The notes below the pieces were generated by a model that worked only from the letters and a program-made list of their open reading frames with translations, did not search any database and was not told the origin of the DNA. A DNA stretch of 64,000 nt, from assembly GCA_030141605.1 (NCBI GenBank), contig JAQGDQ010000253.1, positions 1-64,000 of the forward strand. Direction: 5' to 3'. Positions 53,001-64,000 of this stretch are shown here, piece after piece (the stretch's first letter is position 1; every line of letters begins with the position of its first letter). The position numbers and the translations under genes were made by a program. The DNA is from Tubiluchus corallicola (Eukaryota > Animalia > Priapulida).

Positions 53001-56000
53001 AACTCGTTATATTTCATTTCGTAAACTTCCTCATTTGTCGGTTTAGACAATTTGGCGCCTCTCGGGATTTAGCTTTTAGACGGGCGCCGCGCTAAATCCT
53101 TTCGTTAACAATTTACTACTTTGTTATCGCAAATTTTTCTTTGTAAAGTAGTTCATTTATTTCAGTCTGTAGCTGAAGAAAATATTCCCAAAAATCAACA
53201 ATATGCTTAAAGTAACAAATTGGCAGCCTGATAACCTCCACGATGTTATTACTTTTTTACCATTCATTAACCATTTTGATCAGATTTGCAGCTGCGGCAC
53301 TGTGGTAAAAAGATCGGGAAAATGTGTAGCAGCACCATTGCAGCCTTCTAAACAACACTATTGCATTTTCAGTAGCATGAAATGCGCATTTTAAAAAACT
53401 TTCTGGTAGTCAAACAAGATCTTTGGAACAGCGTTTTGAATGTCTTTTTTTTGAAGGTAAGATAAAATCACAGCCAACAAATTAGCCATAGACTTATGAA
53501 AGATAATTCATTCAAGAATTTTTCCGCTATAGGAAATCACTTGAATCAGTTTGAATTTTGTACTTGCCAGAAGGCCATTTAAATCTGGAATAACAGTGTT
53601 TTACACAGAACTAGAGGAAGGAACTATATAAAAACGTACATCGAACAAGATATTTTTTGCTAAACGACTAAAGGAACCAGCGAAAATTGGATTATCTCCA
53701 ACATTCTTTAAACTAGAATTCTAGATTGTTCTGGAATTGTTCTAGAAATTTTACCAGTATCGTTCTGTATACATCTTTATATATCATCTTTATATATATA
53801 TATATATCACCTTCCTATTATAGGACATCTATTTTGAAAACGAGCTTACCTCCTGAGTAAAAAATATACACTATACTACTAGTAGTTAGATTTTCTAAGT
53901 TTCAGCTGTTTGCCACTTTACATTAAACCCGCATTCCTCGGTCCCAGGCACTCAGCTTTAACAATTTGTGGCAAACATCGGCAAATAAATTTGTGTATGA
54001 ATTTAAAAACAAGTGGAGCGTCATGAGAGGAAGCTGAAGATGTCTTATGTTTCAAACGGGGCATCAAATGCTACGAGATGAAATCACCTATAAAATAATT
54101 CTATTCAGCACATAATAACTCGAATATCAGCAGAGAGTAGCTTAGATTGTTACGTTCTACAGGTAGCATTTATTATACATGCAGGGCCTAATCCATCGCT
54201 TCTACAAGTTCAGTTCATACGGACGGCGCTGCTTTGAGCTCTACTTAGAGCTAGAGTCAGAGCTACCTTGTGCTGCCATCTATTGACAAAGCAAAAACAT
54301 CAATTAGAGTTACTATTTTCTGTTGAAAACAGAGAAGTGCAAAAACTCATTATCACAAACAATTATTACGCTTTCCAGGGTTATTGCATTCCACACTATT
54401 GTATACATAATTACAATAAATTGAAATCACCCATACACATTTTGTCATTTTAGAATAATTCTGTCAGCCTTTGCCTATTAGTATATTCTCTGCGGGAGGC
54501 AGCACAATGCAATAGCAAAAAGCAGTAAAGGAGGAGAACGGTGATAGGAAGGAAAAATAGAAGTGCTGACAAAAGGGGTAAAAAATTAGAGAGGAAAATT
54601 TGTGGTGGAGAAGGCGATGATGAATTTTAGCAGCTAACTGCAAACGAAGAGAGAAGTGAAAAGGAAAAGGAGAGGAAAGGCAAGGCAAGGGAAGAAGACG
54701 AGGAGAATAATAATAATAATAAACAACAAAAGTAAATAGGCTGAAAAGTAAAAAAACAAAAGCTGAAAAATCAGAAGGTAAGAAGGCAAATGTAAGTCAA
54801 CACACCGGTAGCAAAGACTATTTTACCAATCTAGGGAAAATGTACTACGTGCGTGATTGCATAACAATTTTTTACTTCGATTGTATCATTGCGCTGTCCG
54901 TCTACGTACTGCATAGCTCAATATTAAACTGAACTATTTGCAGCTGTGTGCTTTTCGCGTTTTGGCTGTTTTCCTAAAGTTTTCCTCATTTTAATCATTT
55001 TAGCTCTTGCACTTTTACCTTAACCTTAAGATTGTACTTCAAAAACCCTTAACCTTAGTATAGTACTTCAAAAAGTTTTATCCACTGCATATTGCACCAT
55101 AATTTTGTATGCGGTAATTTTGATAGCAGATGATTTAATTTATTACAGGTCATCTATATCTTCAAGTGGGTTCTCGACGTTTAGTATTATAGCCGTTAGC
55201 ATGTTTTGCAGGACATGTGAACTTCGTTCAGTCTATCTGGACCAAAACACCATATAGCATCAATTATGCTCATACTGTAATTACGTTTTAAATTGCCAAA
55301 ATAAACACCTTTTCGTGAACAAAACCGTCCCAACAGTAGTTAACTGTGGGTAACGCCAGATTTCTGTGTGTAAGAAAACCGTAATCTGCGCGCCTAGAGT
55401 GAATGGAAACTCTTGTCTGCATTGTGACCATGGCGCCAGGCAGCAATTTTTTTCGCTGTGAAAATAATTCAAAACGATTTGTCTGTTTGGCAAGTGCTAA
55501 ATGCAGCGTGTAATTTGTATTTTTCGTGAATTTTGCATCAAGAGTACTTTAGATATAACGAGACGCATTATTAATTTCCACGTGTGAAAGCTTTCTTAGA
55601 AATATAACTAACCAAGCACATACTCGCCTCTCGCGTAGCTTGAGTACTATAGAATGGCGCCAGACAAACACAATTAAATGGAAATGAACTGTAAGCCAAT
55701 GGACATGGTGACAATCTCTGTAAACAGTCTGGAATTCGTTTAGTAGAATAATTCACAACAATAATTCACAAAATTTCTTGTTTCGTTATAACTTGGGCAA
55801 AAACATTTACAATGATGTTTTAGTATTTATAATATGAAGCAACTTTCATTATTGATTCATGCATAATAATTACAGTGTATTAATCCTGAATTAGTAACCA
55901 TAATTATCACGACTGGAGCTAAAACGATGTGTGCTAATAAATAATAATCAAAATTAATGTAATCGTACTTAAAAATCAAATACTAAAATCAAGTATTATT

Positions 56001-56094
56001 TACCAATGAAAATAAAATATAAATGTGCTTCGTCATTGTTTTTATCTTTTAGTTTAAAGTATTTAACGGGGCGAAAACAGTGCAAAAACAGTTT

Positions 56095-56330
56095 ATAATA
56101 TAATAATAATAAAAATAATAATAATAATAATCTTTATTTAAAAGTCGGCTTTTTGGATCAACAATTAACATAAGCTCTAAAGAGCTTTTGGACAGACTGT
56201 AAATAACAATCTACAACTATATAACAGAGACAATTATTACCCCCAATTATTAACGTTTGAATGTTCGCATGCCTGATCTAACTAGAATCAAGTGAATTAC
56301 AAATAGGACCTGTAAGTCATTTACTGCAGT
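56095..56330 (-). mobile_element. Probable LINE (CR1/L2-like) 3' UTR with (ATT)n tail
   Basis: Minus strand ends AAATAAAG-(ATT)n, with hairpin AAGCTC-TAAA-GAGCTT just inside; no coding remnant recognised. Confidence 0.45.
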
Positions 56331-57451
56331 TTCAAGAGACCGGATCTTTTTTCAAAGATTGTCTAGAAAAACTATAAAACAAATTAACAAGACAGGATTA
56401 ATTCAGATCAAAATCCGCTAATATGACCATGTTTATCACTTAATGTGCCTGGTGCAACGTAGTTTAAAGAGAAAAAAGAAAAGGCAATTTTAAAGTATGC
56501 CTTAAAAAATTCCATACAAAGTTATATTACTTTGCATTACTCTTAGCTGTTTGAAAGACTTATGTAACTAGAAAAAAATCTTTTTAATTTAAAATGTTCG
56601 GGCCAATTGGTAAAACGTCACTGACTCACCTTCCCAGTGTGCTCCACTGACTCAGCAAAAACACACCATTAATCTTATTGACAAGATAAGGTAATTTATA
56701 CTTTTGCTTAGTTAATGCGTGCGACATATGTGCGTGCTACTTATTTTTCCAAACTTCAGGCAATGTTAGCTAAACTTGTTTCAAACGATCTACCATGAAA
56801 ATGTTCTTGTGCTTTAAGTTTACCCATTTCAAAAACTGCAGATTATTGCTTTCATGTAAGACTGGTTTGTGCGCACTACGAACGTAACAACTGTTTAATT
56901 ATCACTTGGCCATGCCTGGTACAGGACGGCTACTCTCGTGGACTGTGTAATTTGCCCTAATTTTTACATTTTTGTTCCTACCTCGGACTTTTGTACAACT
57001 TCCTAGCTTTCTTAACCAAACCATTGTCAACCTATGAGTTTTTAGATCCTCAATGGGAGCGGATAAAAATATATCGCTGTTGTAATTATGCATAAGGTGA
57101 AAATGCCGAACACTGACACTGCTGAAGTTCAGCAAATAAGAAAATGTGGCTACAACAAATTCTAAAAGTTGTTTTTCATGTTTTAACTGAATTCGCTTTT
57201 AAATTACCATAAGGCTTATTATGAAAAATTCATTTGTATTTTTAGATTATCGCAAAAAATGCCAGTTCTTCGGATTGGACAACGATCAATCTGTACCAGT
57301 GCGATTTTATATTTCTTCAGTAACCCTTCATATACACTTCATAATTTTTAATCATTAGAAACAACTTTAAATACACATTGTTCTACGTACATCAATAGAA
57401 CGTTTTTTCATTTACTGAAATGCGAATACGATCACCAACTGCACGGTTCCT

Positions 57452-57702
<251 letters not shown>

Positions 57703-58556
57703 TGCTTAATCTGTTAAAAGTCATTCTTGTCTTTTACTTAAAATCCTAAATTTTTCGTTTAAAAAATGAATTTTGTTACAAAAATTCCTATCGATAAATT
57801 TCAATGCCAGCTTAATTATCAGCTATATAGACTAACCTATGTGATAATAATAAGCTAAGTTAGACATTAGTATAACACTGAGAGTATATGCGAATATCAT
57901 TTAAGGCTCCTCAAGCTGGTGTTCCACAAGCTGCGCTGACTCATCGTTACTGTCAATAATCCGGGAGTCGTAAAGTCTGCGTCACACGTGAAATTTCAAA
58001 AAGGTGAAACAGTGGAAGCGGAAAAGAATCATACACCGAGACAGACACCTTAAATCAATATTCATTACAATAACAGAATGAGAACAGAAAGGTTTGGTCT
58101 AATAATCGTCAATCGGTAGAAGTGAGTAGACCCATTATTATGCAGAGAAAGTCGCGACATGCTGCCTTATAAAGGCTTCAATACAGCTTTATAATACTCT
58201 AAAACAACAGGATATAATTGCAGCTTTATTGTAAAACTGGCGTCAGCTCATGCCTTTTCAATTTTTCCATCCATGCAGCTTGTTCTAGCTGCCTCTTTCA
58301 CTGCCAGTAATATGTGTAAAATGGCAAAGCAAAACGTTTAATCCCATACAGCCGATTAAACAACAAGCGAGATTGCAAGAAGAAGCCAGTTAGAAATGCT
58401 CCGTATCTAACTAATTTGTTTAGAGAATAAAGTTAGACAGTCATAAAACGTCTGACGCCAGTCCGTCCGATGAGTTTTCTATGCTCCCCGTTTCAATATC
58501 ATATACGATTTGATTACTTGTTATTGCCAAATGACTGCTCATTCTTCACTGTACAG

Positions 58557-58785
<229 letters not shown>

Positions 58786-59677
58786 TTCTTCCTCTTTCTA
58801 TTTTCTCCTTTTCTCCTTTCATTTCTCTTTTTGTTTCCTTTCTCTCCCTTTCCTTCCCTGTTTTACCACTGCATCGTAAATGTCAAAGAAGGAAAGAAAG
58901 AAAGGCATTCTAAAAAAGAAGTTCAAAAGAAAGAGGTGCAACTGGTTTGATCGTCTTATACCGACAAATTCTTACTCATTTGACTCCCGCTGTTCTCGGT
59001 AATTTGCTGGCTTCATCGCAGAAAAATTATAATGATTATAGTAATTCTACAGTTCTCTAGATGTTTACTCTACTACTCTACAACGGCAATCAGATCGTAA
59101 ATTACTGCTATGCTCAAGGCGGCTCTAGAATTACAGCTCACCAAACTTGGCTTCCTGTATCTTTCAACTATAAATCAGCCCTCTCAACGTCAAAATTATG
59201 TTACAATATCAGTTTATAAGGTAACAGTACATGTTAGTAATACAGGTTTATGATGAGTCAATAGTCAGTGTCGTTAATGCCGTGCTATTCATTACTGTAC
59301 AATACTGTCATTACTGTTAATAATTTTTGCTAACTCCATCTCCGTCTGCTTCTGTCGAAACACTTGAATTGGTGCCACAGACCACTTAAGGGACTCTACA
59401 ACATTGAAACCATGCCAGATGAAGTGAATACTGAACAGTGAAGCAATAAAGGAAAACGCTGACTCGAATGAGTAACAACAGTTTAGTTTATTATTCTCTG
59501 TGACTTGCTTTGCAGAAAACTAATAAACGAAGCATTATGTCCTTCCCGACTAAATTATACTAATGGATGTTTTGCTACAGAAATTACACACAAACGTAAT
59601 GACCTACGTTGTTTACTGTCATCGACTTCAAGTCACGTCAAAAAATCTGGACAATCAAAATGCCTTGTGTAAGCAAC

Positions 59678-59805
<128 letters not shown>

Positions 59806-60055
59806 TCCGTAAAAATGCTTATACAGCCGAGAAAAGTATAATGGAGTATTTAAAAAAAATTGAGATATAAAGATTTATTGGCAAAGAAAAAAGGCACTAC
59901 AACAGCTAGTGAGATGTATAGATGGTCATAACAAAAACAAAAATACAAATTAATATATTAACAACTAGAACATATCACAAAATTTAAAATAGATTCTTCT
60001 AAAGACATAAATATTTAATTTAAGCCTGACTTTAAGCAATAACAAAATATCTCAC

Positions 60056-60271
60056 CTCTGATGTTTCCTCCACTGTGTATTTTGTCACCTCTTCTTCGCT
60101 ATCTTCTTTTATAGTATCTTCGTCTTCCTCTCGAGATCCAACGTCGTCATCACAAACATCCGGTGGAACAATACCTAAGTCGCCCGAATTCAAATTTTCA
60201 TGATTATAATCGAAAACTGGATAGGTATCATCATCACAGGATTCCATGGGCCATCGAATTTCAGATAGCAT
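60056..60271 (-). CDS. Probable first coding exon of an unidentified minus-strand gene; 72-aa acidic N-terminus
   Basis: MLSEIRWPMESCDDDTYPVFDY...EEDEDTIKEDSEEEVTKYTVEETSE, protein-like Asp/Glu bias without a DNA repeat; consensus phase-0 donor GAG|GTGAGA; possible acceptor TTTAG just upstream of the ATG. Confidence 0.65.
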
Positions 60272-61137
60272 AACTTTCTGCTTCTAAACTTATTGAATAA
60301 ATCTCGCCAAATTAGACCTTCAGTGGTCCTTTAAATAACACACGTGTAACAAACAATTATACTGAACGGGTGTACTTTTCTTATGATATCTCTCACTTGC
60401 AATAACACTTTTTGTTAGCACAAAGTCGAGACACTGTTTTGTTTATCGAACATTCGAAGACGATGACCTAGTAATTAGTTTTAGACGCCTTAATTTCATT
60501 TTTCGAGAAAGAGAGGCTTAATGTCTGGAGGTGTTATTTCGTACTTGGCTTTTGTTGGCTACAAAAACACCACACAACATTCAATTCAAGTATTATAATA
60601 ATTATGCAATATTTTTATTTCAGCGTGAAGAGGCGACATCTTGTTATCCCTATTTCATCCACTATTGTAAATCAAAGAATGCTTACTTTGGTGTAAAAGA
60701 GTCAGTAATTTTCTATTATAGTCACTGATCAAGGTGTATATCTACTGTGGATCAATGGTACCGAGTCACATCGAAAGCTACGACGTACAATGTTCATTCA
60801 GTGAAAGTATCGATTCACTGCAGCTAGTGTGAACGAAACATTTCGATAAAACCAATTTTAATTAACGACCTGTCAACCGTTGACAATTAATTATCATTAA
60901 AAATGTCGTTTTAACTGCGTGCTGAGCACTTCTTAACATCATGATGCTGATCACAAGCTGAATTAACCGAACATATTCGTCGAGGATTTCACCCATCACT
61001 GATTTCAGAACAGCGTTAAATGGATACGGACAAATCGTGTGTAATCACGCTTTCTGGAAACAGAAGCACTCGTTTGAATAAAGTTTACTATTATCAGTCA
61101 ACATTGCATACTAGAAAAAAACTGGTAGACCTATACA

Positions 61138-61197
61138 CGAATGTAGTAATAAGAATGCACTGTTCTCGAATGTTGTAATAAGAATACACTGTTCTCT
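61138..61197. repeat. 29-bp tandem duplication
   Basis: CGAATGT(A/T)GTAATAAGAAT(G/A)CACTGTTCT x2. Similar short duplications at ~25894-25933 and ~55020-55075. Confidence 0.85.
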
Positions 61198-63744
61198 CCT
61201 AATTTCTCTGCCGTGCGCACACTAAAATTAATGTACGCAACAAGAATTGTCACAGAGCCATTATGAATTTTCTTTTATTGCACCTCCTACTACTCATTTA
61301 TTCTAATTGGTGCTAACAGTACTGTACCACACACGTCCATTCATTAATCACTAGAAGATCATTACTGTTGCTTACAATTGCATCCGCTGAAATGCCTGCA
61401 ATTATATGATACACTTTCACAGTTAATGCGCAATTGGTACTTGCTTTCCGTTTCTGATGATTCGTTCTGATGTAATCAACTAATCGTGTAGCGTTTACAC
61501 CTATTCATTTGGCTGTCTTTATTATGAGCAATGTTTTTATCTTATCTGTATTAAACTTTACGAGAATACAATTGCCTGCTACAAACGATGAAACAAAATT
61601 TCGTCATTTAAAACTGGTTACATAGGAAATCTAACTGGATGGTACAGCATTAATGTAAAAACAGATAAATTATTACAATTGGTGATTCGTAACATCCAAG
61701 CTTTTGACTTTAAATTAAATTTTATAACCTTGTTGTATGGAACTGCTAATGTCTTCGGTACACTTCAACACTGTTCAGCTGGTATCCCAGCACTGAACGT
61801 CAGGGCCTACTTTTAATTGATGTTTTTTGTAGAACCAGACCTTAACTCAATTTAAAGATGATCCCCGGAGTCTTATGGTGAAACGCGAGGTATTTTGGTA
61901 CATTCGCATAATTTACCTCGCTTGGGTTTATCATTCTGGAGGTTGTCGGACAAATAGCTAGAGGTAGCATGGTCGACAGAACTGTCCATAAGCGACATTC
62001 CTGATGCCCATCCATTTAGTAAAAATTATGTTTAGATAATTATGACATGTGCATTCCCAAAAAAATTGATAATAGCACTACAGAAAATGTTTCTTTCTGC
62101 TATAACCTTACTGCTAATAACTCAAACATGTTTGCACTCCACGAACACGTAATCCCAAGTCACAGTCATACTATGCAATTCTTAAGGTCAGATGACGCTA
62201 CAACTCGCATCACTATTCTACAACAGTTTTTTAGAAGGTGGCTAATAATTTAAGCCCCTATGTGTCACAATCTGTTACTAAGCTTGACCAATGTATCATG
62301 AAGTTAGCAGCTATAATTACCACACACACAGTAAAAGGCACAGTTGTATGACTGACACACATTCGTCAAAGGTTCCCTTTATTTGAGAAAGACTCGATTA
62401 TCGTTACACTTCACACTGCACTAAGGATCCTTATAGAACATTCTGCACAGCACGCATCAAATTTAGTCTACCATGAATAAGATTTCTCTGCAGCAAATAT
62501 CACTGTGTTTATTACGCTGGGCAACTTTTTATGCATTAAATAAGGAAATTATGTTTGCAAGGATAACAATTATAGCACAGTCTACCTCTGATAATGTCAC
62601 GCCCGTTGTTGATGAAGATTATTGTACTAAGCGTCTTTGAATCATTCTTGTATGCACCTTACACACACTTTAAGCCGATCCAGGAAATAAAATTATTCTG
62701 ATGAATCGTAGTTTTTCCTGCAAAACAACAGAATGAGAAAAACTACTTGATTTGTATCCGCCTGGTAGAAGCACACGAAGAGATTACATGAACGTCATGC
62801 AGTTTGAAGTTGCGCACGACTCACCACTCTCACGCAATGTCAATTTTCTGTACGCTGATGAATGGCTGAATGACTACATACTACAGCCTAAAAAAATCAG
62901 ATCATTCAAGTCTTGCATAAGTCATTTATTTCACGTTACACATTTACAATAGTTTCATGTACAATATCTAGTGAAAGGGCTTACAATGAACGTAATACAA
63001 ATAAGAAATACTGTACAAGAAAAGCCTCACACACTGTTCACCCATGTACGAAAGTAAATGTGTTGCGGGAAATAAAAAAACAGGGCTTGTTAGATTGTAC
63101 CACACAGTGATAGAAAAAAAGTAATGGAGATAATCTGAAAATTTAAAGTGAATCGTATGATAAACAAACATTAGTGCTTAAAATGGAATGATGTAATGAA
63201 TGAAGCTCATATATGGGATGATATAAAAGATAGAAAGACTATTATTTGCTAATAGTATGTTAAATTAAGATAACTTGATTAAGCTAACACCACTTGCAGT
63301 AACTACGCCAAAGCTATGTAAGATTACAAAATTATTTTTTAATAAACAGTCATCTAAAAATTATAAACACGTGATATATAAGCATATTATTGTTTTCTTT
63401 CTTAATTTTATTTACTTTTTAGTCGTGGACAGTAATCTTTTTTCGGAACTGCTTTCACATCGAAGTATATACCGATAATACATGTAGTACGATTACAGTA
63501 TTATTGTAAACAAACGTCATCTGCATTTTAACTCAATAATATCAGTCGTGTAGCTTATAAGATGCGCATGCGTTTAAAAAACATGAAATTAAATTTATTA
63601 CAAAATATTAATAGTAAGAGATACATATATGTAACTTATAATCTTGTTAAGCTGATCAAAATATAAAAAAAAATTTAACAAATGTTTGCATATTTTGCAT
63701 TCAACGTTTTTGATGTTGCATGAAGCTCCTCTTATATAAGCTGA

Positions 63745-63800
63745 AAGAGTATTCGAACCCACAGCCCCAGAATAATAAGCGTACACTAAGTCATGGCGTG
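63745..63800 (-). mobile_element. Possible degenerate tRNA-derived SINE head
   Basis: Minus strand: A-box-like TGACTTAGTG followed by B-box-like GTGGGTTCGAATAC; no cloverleaf. Confidence 0.25.
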
Positions 63801-64000
63801 CCTCAGGTTAACAATTATCAAAAAATTATCGTAGTTACTTAGCTGACATGACTTTGTGGCCTTGTGACATGGTAATGAACATTTTGACACAGATATAATG
63901 ATGCACTACATTTAAACTACAGAACATCCAAATATGTTTAATATGCAGCAATTGTCATTTTATCTGTAAGAATAAATTACAGCAATAAGTTTTTAGCGAA

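Noticed and set aside
53712-53752. TTCTAGAA/TTCTGGAA cluster as a heat-shock element
   Set aside because: The nGAAn units are out of register (3-nt gap) and there is no adjacent promoter evidence.

Overview
AT-rich eukaryotic (most likely invertebrate metazoan) genomic DNA, mostly intronic or intergenic and rich in microsatellites and decayed transposons. The one complete, recognisable gene is an intronless, divergent histone H2A variant (15522-15917, +). It has a macroH2A-like fold signature but no macro domain, short tails and a ~19-aa aromatic insertion in loop L1, and a decayed tandem paralog lies ~1.1 kb upstream. The window opens with an apparently perfect inverted duplication of at least 2.1 kb (1-2100 vs 9788-11887, 7.7-kb spacer) whose outer end lies outside the window. 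A series of ATG-initiated, phase-0 candidate exons on the minus strand (60.3 kb down to 17.2 kb) suggests a large unidentified gene with many alternative first exons, with the H2A pair nested antisense inside it. Mobile DNA includes hAT, piggyBac, Kolobok-like and Harbinger MITEs with intact target-site duplications (TSDs), RTE and CR1/L2 LINE fragments, a BEL/Pao remnant and Penelope-like remnants with hammerhead-ribozyme motifs. Most long ORFs in the supplied track are microsatellite artefacts. All family assignments were made by eye from motifs; no database search was run.
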